Source: a virus
Lineage: Duplodnaviria; Caudoviricetes
Virus record (IMG/VR): IMGVR_UViG_3300015050_001030
Location: 1-52,284 of that record
Strand: one strand, 5' to 3'
Length of the DNA: 52,284 bases
Shown here: positions 8,440 through 15,533 of the stretch, piece after piece
How the letters are laid out: every line of letters begins with the position of its first letter
How positions within the stretch are numbered: position 1 is the stretch's first letter
Notes under the pieces: generated by a model
What the model was told of the DNA's origin: nothing
Databases searched by the model: none
Seen by the model: the letters and a program-made list of their open reading frames with translations, nothing else
Translations under genes and position numbers: made by a program

Positions 8440-8608
8440 CCGTTTAAAATTCTGATAGAAAATCCCGAGCTTGAGTGACAAGCCGGAAATGCACACGTAC
8501 ACATACGAAACTCCAATGAGTAAGGGGTAGGCACCCACGCACGGATACCTACCCCTTTGACGACACCGTAAGGGTCAAGACTACTGCGAAGTAGCTGCCG
8601 GTGCCGGA
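8440..8608 (-). ncRNA. Structured intergenic leader with a 16-bp hairpin (possible RNase III site)
   Basis: Hairpin 8522-8557. Its imperfect positions are all G-U pairs on the minus strand. Confidence 0.45.
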
Positions 8609-8609
8609 A

Positions 8610-8804
8610 CTACAACAATTCTTCTATCTCTTGAAGAGACTCAAGGACAGTAAGCTTCTTAGTATTATCAGCATCAAAGAAGATTCTAGTATAACCTGAA
8701 GCTTTGATGGGACTACTTTGTGATTGCATCCAAGCAATGTTATCTACATTAACAGTTATTTGAATTGCTGGAGCAAGGGCAAAGTGAAGACGTATAAGTT
8801 TCAT
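8610..8804 (-). CDS. Small hypothetical protein (64 aa)
   Basis: Common small-phage-protein pattern I-x-VNxDxI…V-x-ESLQEI; RBS AGGA. Confidence 0.7.
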   Translation of the reverse strand: MKLIRLHFALAPAIQITVNVDNIAWMQSQSSPIKASGYTRIFFDADNTKKLTVLESLQEIEELL

Positions 8805-8855
8805 CTTAAGGTTCCTGTACTAGATATAACAGTTAATAGTTATTAGTTAAGAGAG

Positions 8856-8897
8856 AACCTAAGGTTTTCTTTAGGTATACCTTAAGGTATCCTTAGG
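8856..8897. repeat. Short CCT(T)AAGG-type repeat array, copy A
   Basis: acctaagg / tctttagg / accttaagg / tccttagg at about 11-bp spacing, next to an AT-rich tract. Confidence 0.65.
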
Positions 8898-8924
8898 AGT
8901 ATAGAGGTTCGAAGGTTTTGTCAA
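8898..8924 (-). promoter_or_regulatory. Putative sigma70 promoter (short spacer)
   Basis: TTGACA-N15-TATACT with an AT-rich upstream tract. The 15-bp spacer is suboptimal. Confidence 0.4.
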
Positions 8925-8976
8925 GACAAATATTGATATTAATTTAATAATATTTATCTGTCTACTAATTACCTGT

Positions 8977-9318
8977 CTAAGCCGCTTCTTTGGCCTTGTC
9001 GGTACCCTTCCGTGCATCAGGGCTAGTTGCGTCCGATCCTGCGGAGGGAATTGTTCCGCGATTTGCAAAGCGATCCACAACCAACTCATGAACATGATCA
9101 TGGCCCACACGTAGCAAGTCCAGGTTACGTTCATGTTTGCTGGGAGATCGTGCATACGGTTCGTACCTTTCCTTGGTTTCAAATCTACCGCCTAAAGCCC
9201 AAAAGGGTAAGGCTTTGCCATTTCTATGGGTATTCCTACGGGCAGCACGGCATGTGTTGCCGTTAATGACCAAGGGTTTCTGGGTGCGTTTAGTACTGCC
9301 TTCTTTGCGCTTGGTCAT
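8977..9318 (-). CDS. Basic hypothetical protein (113 aa)
   Basis: GGAG RBS; probably disordered. Confidence 0.6.
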   Translation of the reverse strand: MTKRKEGSTKRTQKPLVINGNTCRAARRNTHRNGKALPFWALGGRFETKERYEPYARSPSKHERNLDLLRVGHDHVHELVVDRFANRGTIPSAGSDATSPDARKGTDKAKEAA

Positions 9319-9339
9319 GATTGCTCCGATATGAAAGAA

Positions 9340-9585
9340 AAAGTGCTAGTGCCCTACCGGCTACACGGTACCGGTTTCTCCAGAGCTTAAGCTCACCTTG
9401 GAACCAATGGTTCCTCTGGGAACTTCGCTGGTGTCTTGGTTAGACGAAGGGCACTAGCCACTAGCCCACTACGGTGTGGCGAATGCAGTGTCCTAATCCA
9501 CGAAGGGTAGGCGTTAAAGCATTCGTTCAGGTAGAACCCTCTTGTGAGCATTACCGCAATGCTCTACCACCCGGTGCTAGTGTGA
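9340..9585 (-). ncRNA. Candidate structured RNA, two adjacent multibranch domains
   Basis: Perfect 11-bp closing stem 9345-9355/9448-9458 and 7-bp stem 9459-9465/9576-9582, with several internal hairpins and a 3' U-rich tail. Confidence 0.55.
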
Positions 9586-9658
9586 CTTCCCTGGCCAGTG
9601 CGCTAGGCTGGCTACCTCCCCCTTATCAATGGGGTGCTCTGCTATGAGCTACAGGGAT
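9586..9658 (-). tRNA. Non-canonical tRNA-Ile(GAT)-like gene
   Basis: Cloverleaf TCCCTG-TA-GCTC(ATAGCA)GAGC-A-CCCCA(TTGATAA)GGGGG-AGGTA-GCCAG(CCTAGCGCA)CTGGC-CAGGGA. It lacks the D-loop GG, the T-loop TTCRA and an encoded CCA. Confidence 0.65.
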
Positions 9659-9712
9659 CAAACAAGGTAAAATAAGCGGATTAGACACATCCGTACCTAC
9701 CTCACCTATTAG

Positions 9713-9821
9713 AATGCGTTTTAAGGTGTCACATAGCGCCGTACAGGGCGTTTCTAGGGGTGCCCGGTACCCGACTAAGGGGGTAAGCTAGAATCGCTTA
9801 CATGACCCCTTAGAACGCATT
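9713..9821. repeat. Long imperfect inverted repeat
   Basis: Left arm aatgcgttttaaggtgtca versus reverse-complemented right arm aatgcgttctaaggggtca (17/19). Confidence 0.6.
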
Positions 9822-9986
9822 TGAAGAAATTCGAGGGATTTGGGCAAAATTAACCCTTGCACACCCTTTATTCCAGATTTATGAGCTTATCATCCACCTT
9901 GCAGTGAATTTGATTAGCCTTGTACGTAATAAATCCACCCATTTTAAAGCAGATCTTTTCTTCCTTAGGCAGGCTACCCCACCAAT

Positions 9987-10023
9987 AAAGAAGCCCCAGC
10001 CCTGCAATTAGCAGGACCAGGGC
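9987..10023 (-). terminator. Rho-independent terminator
   Basis: GCCCTGGTCCTGC-loop-GCAGGGCTGGGGC followed by TTCTTT, after the KTSC gene. Confidence 0.7.
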
Positions 10024-10033
10024 GAGTACAAAC

Positions 10034-10249
10034 TTACGGGACATGAGGGTATTTGCCTTTAATGTTCTTGTGATAGTACGTTCCCATACTATCAGCGGCT
10101 AGAAATTCATCGTAAACTTTCTTAGGAACCTTGAAGAACTCGTAGGTTATACCGTTCTGCTTGAACTTAACCAAGAGTTTACCTTGGAATTGTTCGTAAC
10201 CTACGCCGACAACTGCACTTGAGTTAGTGACAGGTGTTAGTTGTTCCAT
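10034..10249 (-). CDS. KTSC-domain protein
   Basis: Pattern SS-x-V-x-x-VGY…L-x-VKF…G-x-x-YEF-x-x-VP-x-x-VY-x-x-FL-x-A-x-S-x-G-x-YY-x-x-NIKG-x-Y. Confidence 0.88.
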   Translation of the reverse strand: MEQLTPVTNSSAVVGVGYEQFQGKLLVKFKQNGITYEFFKVPKKVYDEFLAADSMGTYYHKNIKGKYPHVP

Positions 10250-10481
10250 TTTGGTTCATTGCTCCTATGTTTATGATGTAACGCAAGGTACTTGCGTACC
10301 TTTGCAATGTAAGCACCGGTAAACCCTGGCAAGGGCCACGTGATTTGTTTCCAAGGGATTGCCATCCTCTAGGTATTTGTCACGCTATAATCTGCAGTGA
10401 CCGGACATGCCTGTCAGGTGATACAGCCGATACTGTAAGTTAAGGTAAGGGTAGCGTTCTTCGGACGGGACGATTCCCTAG

Positions 10482-10850
10482 CTACTGGGGAAGTGCCTTA
10501 CCTTTTCTCGGAGTAAAGCCTTTCTTGTGAAGGCTTTCAATCTTGGCTTGAATACGTTTAAGCTCTTGGATCAGGCGCTTCTCAGCCTTACCAGCATGGG
10601 AAGTACGTGAGTCAGAGACACCATGTTGTGTGATGGTTGTCCGCTTAACTTCCGTAATTTCCATGGTGATAACACGATCAGTACCGTGCTTGTACTTCAG
10701 CTTAACGTATTCCTTTAGCGCTTTTTCCATGGTAAGGGCGCGCTTGGTATGAAGGACATCTCGTCCGTATTCATCCGATACCCATATCTTTGCCTTCTTT
10801 TGAAGGACGTGCTTTTGAGTCTTACCCTTAGCATTACATTTAACACACAT
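10482..10850 (-). CDS. Basic hypothetical protein
   Basis: GGAG RBS; Lys-rich, 122 aa. Confidence 0.7.
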   Translation of the reverse strand: MCVKCNAKGKTQKHVLQKKAKIWVSDEYGRDVLHTKRALTMEKALKEYVKLKYKHGTDRVITMEITEVKRTTITQHGVSDSRTSHAGKAEKRLIQELKRIQAKIESLHKKGFTPRKGKALPQ

Positions 10851-10887
10851 ATGACTTCTCCGACATAAAGAGGGGTTACGACAAAGA

Positions 10888-11151
10888 TTAGTATACGCAG
10901 ACCTGCCATTTGTTGTCAGTGCCGACCTTTATGGTGGGACGAGTAACAACTTCTTTAGCGTGGTCACGTGTAGCAAGTCCAAGACATACCAAATCACGCA
11001 GTTCACCTGATAGGGTGCCTCGCGTTCTCTCAGAATCTATCTTTTGGAACAGTTTTTCAGGCATTGCAAATGAGCAATACTTGTTGTTCTTTGACTTAGG
11101 GAAGCATACGTTCCGGTATGAGTCAAAAAGTGCATGGATTTGTGAGAACAC
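10888..11151 (-). CDS. Possible ribbon-helix-helix DNA-binding protein
   Basis: KYCSFAMPEKLFQKID…TLSGELRDLVCLGL fits the beta-helix-helix CopG/Arc pattern. AGGAG RBS. Confidence 0.5.
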   Translation of the reverse strand: MFSQIHALFDSYRNVCFPKSKNNKYCSFAMPEKLFQKIDSERTRGTLSGELRDLVCLGLATRDHAKEVVTRPTIKVGTDNKWQVCVY

Positions 11152-11205
11152 GTTTAACTCCTAAAAGTTGCGCGGAATAATTCCTGGGATTTGGCGGCGA
11201 ATTAA

Positions 11206-11535
11206 CTAGTGCACACCTGCACTAATTAATGGATACTTCTTAGGCCCAAAGTCTATGTAATCTGGCACCTTGACAGTGCCTTCAACAACACCGTCATCAG
11301 TGATAGGCTTAAGCTCGTAGTTGGGACCTACTCGCTCAAACTTGGGGCGGACACGTATCAACGAGCAATACCCAAGGCCCACGAGTTCATGCAAACATGC
11401 ACGTTGTAATGCATGTTCGCAGAACTTCATGTTCTTGTTAGCTTCAGCGTTGATTGCTGTTGTAAGATACTTATCAGCTTGACGCAGGTACGCTGCATCA
11501 CGATACGTTGCGACTGTCATTGTGTCATACCTCAT
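11206..11535 (-). CDS. Hypothetical protein
   Basis: 109-aa ORF; the true start may be the second Met after GAGG. Confidence 0.7.
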   Translation of the reverse strand: MRYDTMTVATYRDAAYLRQADKYLTTAINAEANKNMKFCEHALQRACLHELVGLGYCSLIRVRPKFERVGPNYELKPITDDGVVEGTVKVPDYIDFGPKKYPLISAGVH

Positions 11536-11590
11536 AGGTTAGTGCGGGCCTTTTTTGGTATGGAGTGCCCAATCCATAAGTTACAAACCC

Positions 11591-11812
11591 CTATAGGTCT
11601 GCATCCTTAATCGTTCCCGGTACAATCCAAAACGATTTGACTTTGTGCGGACATTCATATACCGGATTGATTGTCCTACACATGAGCAAGATGTGCTCGT
11701 CAAAGCGTGTGTTATAATACACAATAGCCATTTGATTTGTCCTTATGTTGCTCACATAACACATACCTGCCTTGTTGCATCTCTGCCACACTGTTACCTT
11801 AGTACCACACAA
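11591..11812 (-). CDS. Hypothetical protein
   Basis: 73-aa co-directional ORF; start uncertain. Confidence 0.45.
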   Translation of the reverse strand: MCGTKVTVWQRCNKAGMCYVSNIRTNQMAIVYYNTRFDEHILLMCRTINPVYECPHKVKSFWIVPGTIKDADL

Positions 11813-11823
11813 TACTTAGGCAT

Positions 11824-11855
11824 AAAAAAAGCCCCAGGCATTTCTGCCCAGGGCT
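11824..11855 (-). terminator. Rho-independent terminator
   Basis: GCCCTGGGCA-GAAA-TGCCTGGGGC followed by T7. Confidence 0.85.
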
Positions 11856-11943
11856 CTATCGTAGGTTGTACTGGTCTAGCTCTACCGCTTGCCACCTTAA
11901 CCGATTTCCGGCGACAACCTACAATTAGTCAGTGTACCGAATA

Positions 11944-12594
11944 TCAGCCTTCGAACGGAATTGCTTCCGCTGGCTGTTCACGGCGTCCGCCACGTCCGCC
12001 ACCATTGCCGCCACGCTCAGAGTTTGCAGAGGTCTTGCCCTGCAAACGCTTGTCCAAATCCTTAAGGCTTTCAAGACCTGCAAGGTCTGTCTTTTCGTGG
12101 CCGCGCTTATCGTCATCTGCCGCAACTTTTTCAGCCCGCTTGAGCAGGTTATGAATGGCCTGCTTAAGGTCAAAGCCTTCAAACTCACGGTTCGCATCGA
12201 CAGGCTTGAAGGCTGGCGTAACCTCTGCCAAATCCTTCATGTGTGCCTCTTTGTCGCCCTTGTAGGACAACTCGATTTCAGGAGACACTGCCTTGTGCTC
12301 AAACTTGCGGATCGTTTCTTCCTTACCGGTCGAAACGTTCAGTTCTTTGACTGAGACCCAAGAAAATGGGCCGTGTGCCTCAAACCAACGCACAAGTTGA
12401 GGGCGATCAAAGACGTCAGACGGCAAGCCGTTGACAAACTTGGTCGCAATGCGAACATCGCCCGTGTCAATTGCGTTTCCGACAATTGCAGGGCAAAGGT
12501 CGACGATAATATCACGCATCTGGTTGGCGCCCTGAATGACGCTTTCAACCTTTGCGTTTAGTGCTTTCGTAGCAGTTTCAAAACGCTTAGCCAT
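11944..12594 (-). CDS. Early hypothetical protein (216 aa), probably highly expressed
   Basis: GGAG RBS, own terminator and a long structured leader. The GDV…ATKFVNGLP…LVRWF motif recalls conserved early podophage proteins. Confidence 0.85.
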   Translation of the reverse strand: MAKRFETATKALNAKVESVIQGANQMRDIIVDLCPAIVGNAIDTGDVRIATKFVNGLPSDVFDRPQLVRWFEAHGPFSWVSVKELNVSTGKEETIRKFEHKAVSPEIELSYKGDKEAHMKDLAEVTPAFKPVDANREFEGFDLKQAIHNLLKRAEKVAADDDKRGHEKTDLAGLESLKDLDKRLQGKTSANSERGGNGGGRGGRREQPAEAIPFEG

Positions 12595-12599
12595 TTGTT

Positions 12600-13115
12600 A
12601 TGCTCCAAATGCTATAACTGCCTACACTATTGTAGACAGTATGCTGCATTCGGTTGCTTCGTTGTGCTGCCCTTGTGAGGCTCGCATCCGCTGTTCAGCC
12701 AGAGCCGCGAGGCAACTGCTTACTGGGAAATGCGCTGTGTGTTGTCACAACAAAAATTCCGCGTGGCTCGACCGGCAGCAACTACTGCACACGCCCCTAG
12801 CCAGCTCAGTGAAATCAAGGGATAGCCGTTCCCAGCCGTCCCTTGTCTCTGTACTGTTTTTGCGCAGCTATCCCTAGGCCGTGTTCAGGTGCTAACCCGA
12901 CGGTCTGATTTTCATGCGCTTGTGTTGGGCAATAGCTGCGCCTCTCTCACACACCATTATTGCAGGTGTGCGTAGACACATAACCAGATAGGGATAGGGC
13001 GCAGCAATCTGCGCACGTAGTGTCCCCTATATCACTGGCACCAAGCCAACTATGGTTAGGTAAATCTAACGCTCGAAGCGCAAGGCCCCTAATGGCCCGG
13101 ATAGCAGAGGCATTG
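12600..13115 (-). ncRNA. ~500-nt structured, multistable leader or ncRNA
   Basis: No credible ORF. Many helices. The segment TAGGGATAGCTGCGCA (12861-12876) has three alternative perfect partners. Confidence 0.55.
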
Positions 13116-13118
13116 ACC

Positions 13119-13373
13119 CTATTTCAAGCCGAAACGGGCATACCTCTTGACGGGCCGATAAGAGCCCGTGTTCTGCAAGTCAGCGAATTCCGGCCTAGGC
13201 TTTACTACAAGCCAGTTCCAGCGATCGCCAGCCGCGCAGTCATTCGACGCATCACGCAGTGGCCTGATTTGCCTATTAGCGCCGTCATCCCCAAGCCGGG
13301 TTGGCTTGCGTTCTGGCGTATAGGTCGGGAAATCCCCTGCCGCGTTACGTGTCTTGCGTTTGTCGTTAGCCAT
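13119..13373 (-). CDS. Hypothetical protein (84 aa)
   Basis: ATG (MANDKRK) after a GAAAGG RBS. Confidence 0.55.
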   Translation of the reverse strand: MANDKRKTRNAAGDFPTYTPERKPTRLGDDGANRQIRPLRDASNDCAAGDRWNWLVVKPRPEFADLQNTGSYRPVKRYARFGLK

Positions 13374-13598
13374 AAGTAAACCTTTCGGTGAACATCTGCA
13401 AAGTGACAAACTGTCACAGGAGGATCAAGTCATCTGACTGTCTTCGCTCGCTGCGACTGATTGAGAGTAGACCATATCCGGTTAAGCAATGATACCAACT
13501 TAAGGTTGAAAAGGGTGCGACATTGTGACGCATGTGTAAGGCACTGATTTTACTGGAAGAAATTACGCATTACCGGCGGCTAATCCAAAACAGCACAC

Positions 13599-13859
13599 CT
13601 ATGACACGCGAGAGTAACGCACGCTTAAGTAGTATTTCAAGGCAAAGTCTGTATGCCTCTCTAATTCCATCTCACGCTGTATCTGTTCAACAGGTACAAC
13701 TTCACCTTGCCGTACCATGCTAGTGTTCAGTGTTCTGACTTTCTTAAGCTCAGTATTTAAGATTGTGTAACGTTGCCATGCGCACGCCTTGGTTGACATG
13801 CGATGCGTTGCAGACACATGATGACTGCGACCACGCTTTCGATTGAGAGGTGTGCGCAT
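13599..13859 (-). CDS. Basic hypothetical protein
   Basis: TAATG coupling with the upstream 43-aa ORF. Confidence 0.6.
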   Translation of the reverse strand: MRTPLNRKRGRSHHVSATHRMSTKACAWQRYTILNTELKKVRTLNTSMVRQGEVVPVEQIQREMELERHTDFALKYYLSVRYSRVS

Positions 13860-13990
13860 TAGTTCCACCTGTAGCTATCGAGTATCATAGCCAGGACACA
13901 AGCTTCGCTCATGTTCTCTGCCCAAAATACAAAGTTGTTCTTCTCTATACGCCACAACCCATTGTCGTCTAGTTTATACGTTGCAAGCAT
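13859..13990 (-). CDS. Small hypothetical protein (43 aa, MLATYKLDDNGLWRIE…); not in the ORF track
   Basis: GAAAGGA RBS; manual translation. Confidence 0.6.
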   Translation of the reverse strand: MLATYKLDDNGLWRIEKNNFVFWAENMSEACVLAMILDSYRWN

Positions 13991-14061
13991 AGCGTGTCCT
14001 TTCATGTTAGCGTTAAGGCAGGGTAACACACTGATATTACTACCAATGTGCTACCGCTTCG

Positions 14062-14364
14062 TTAACGGAACATTAGTGGAGCTAAGACAACGATCAGTAC
14101 AATGGCAATCAGCATAACCCATGTTGCCAGCCTTGCTCTGCCTTTGTCAGTATACGTCAGCATGTAGTCAACATACTCTTTGCACTCACGTTCAGCTTGC
14201 TGTTTAGTTCTAGCTGTGCCCGTGATCACAAAGTCGTCAACGTATCCGACCCAGTACGGTTCCTGCCACTTAACGTTGATAAAGCGTTGCTTGTACCATC
14301 CGTAATAGTAGCCTGCCCCGTCCATCTCTTTGCTCAGTATACTCATGTTCTTGATACGCTCCAT
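14062..14364 (-). CDS. Hypothetical protein with C-terminal TM helix
   Basis: TM segment WVMLIAIVLIVVLAPL. Confidence 0.65.
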   Translation of the reverse strand: MERIKNMSILSKEMDGAGYYYGWYKQRFINVKWQEPYWVGYVDDFVITGTARTKQQAERECKEYVDYMLTYTDKGRARLATWVMLIAIVLIVVLAPLMFR

Positions 14365-14499
14365 TTGACTTCACCATATTTGTTAAGGTGTGGCGCCAAA
14401 GTCACAGCTGCACACATATGCAACTATGCCTACTGTTGATTGTAGGATATGAGACACACAACTTAAGAGGGAATTAGCTGTGTGTCCCACGTGCTACAG

Positions 14500-14595
14500 T
14501 CAATGTAACCAGATTGCTATCCTCAGTGCCCAGACAATCACGTATAAGACTATCAGTGCAATGAACAAGCGAGTAACGATACGATCTGTACGCAT
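14500..14595 (-). CDS. 31-aa membrane peptide (MRTDRIVTRLFIALIVLYVIVWALRIAIWLH); not in the ORF track
   Basis: AAGGA RBS; single hydrophobic helix. Confidence 0.5.
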   Translation of the reverse strand: MRTDRIVTRLFIALIVLYVIVWALRIAIWLH

Positions 14596-14611
14596 AACAT
14601 CTGTCCTTCTA

Positions 14612-14752
14612 TCAGTTGCCCATACGCCACAACCAGTTCATTGTTGCACCGCACCATACACGGATACCACGGTATTTACCATGCATACGGATAAAGTGGG
14701 TGTAGTTCTGGTCAAGGTTGTAACGCTTGTTAGACACAACGATAAGGCGCAT
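14612..14752 (-). CDS. Small hypothetical protein (46 aa, MRLIVVSNKRY…)
   Basis: ATG directly after the stop of a 34-aa ORF at 14755-14859. Confidence 0.45.
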   Translation of the reverse strand: MRLIVVSNKRYNLDQNYTHFIRMHGKYRGIRVWCGATMNWLWRMGN

Positions 14753-15066
14753 TGTCAGCTCCAAGATGAATACCAGGGCAGCCGATCTGCCTTGGATGAT
14801 TGAATGTAGCAAATCAATAAGGCACGAATAAGGCAGACAATGAATAATGGATGCGACATAGTGTCACACCCTTAGTATCAATTGAACAGTGTTTAATATG
14901 TGTAATGATTACAACTGGTTAGGACGAGTACAACCTATGCGTGTACTGATGGTATGCATGCAGATCAGTGGTGTACCAACTTTCTGAACACGGACCATCA
15001 GCCTACTGATCTTCTTGTGGTTGACTGTCAGTACACAGATTATCCGCAGGCTGACCCTCCGTACAC

Positions 15067-15096
15067 GGGGGAGTGGGGGGTGCTCTGGGGGAAGGG
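15067..15096 (+). other. G-quadruplex-capable G tract
   Basis: G5-AGT-G6-TGCTCT-G5-AA-G3. Confidence 0.5.
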
Positions 15097-15145
15097 AATC
15101 ACCACCTCACATTTACTAAGGGAAATTCGAAGGGATAGGAAAGCG

Positions 15146-15315
15146 CCTTAAGGTTCCCTGTAGAGGAACCAGCGGTAAGGGATACCTAAGGTTAACCTAA
15201 GCTCTTCCTTTACACTACCTATACATTAACCTTAAATCTCCCTTTACCTTCCTGGAAAGAACCTTAGGTTAACCTAAGGTTAACCTAAGGTATCCCTTAA
15301 GGTAACCTTAAGGTA
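15146..15315. repeat. Short CCT(T)AAGG repeat array, copy B, with ~26-bp inverted arms
   Basis: Tandem 11-bp units ccttaggttaa, cctaaggttaa, cctaaggtatc, ccttaaggtaa, ccttaaggtac. Arms ~15176-15201 and ~15274-15299 are near-perfect inverted repeats. Confidence 0.8.
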
Positions 15316-15424
15316 CTACTACTGGTATAAAGGGGGTAAATGATCTCAAATGTATAAATTTATAAAAATTATAAGAAATTAACAGATTTTTGAATAAAAA
15401 TCATCTTAATCTGTGTCTACCCCC

Positions 15425-15453
15425 TTGACAAATGCTCAATTGTTTGATATCTT
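15425..15453 (+). promoter_or_regulatory. Sigma70-type promoter of the late arm
   Basis: TTGACA-N17-TATCTT with an AT-rich upstream region, ~80 bp before the terminase small subunit. Confidence 0.7.
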
Positions 15454-15533
15454 AGTCTCAGAAAGTAGGAAGAGGTTCCTTTTTCTGGGAGGTTTCAGGG
15501 TTAATAGTTATAAATGTTATCGGAGCAAGTTCT

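Noticed and set aside
8871-9182. 103-aa hydrophobic ORF
   Set aside because: It overlaps the better-initiated 8977-9318 ORF and runs through the AT-rich promoter and repeat array.
9205-9219. GKALP peptide recurring in several ORFs
   Set aside because: A near-palindromic 15-mer reads the same on both strands, and the other match is too short to be meaningful.
9540-9586. HDV-like (theta) ribozyme after the tRNA
   Set aside because: I could not find the nested double-pseudoknot core by eye.
12600-13115. Cobalamin riboswitch, RNase P RNA, tmRNA or group I/II intron
   Set aside because: The diagnostic consensus blocks (B12 box, GAGGAAAGUCC, CCA-ending TLD, domain V) were not found.
15146-15315. 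CRISPR array
   Set aside because: The units are 11 bp without unique spacers, and the Cas4-like gene is a stand-alone replication nuclease.
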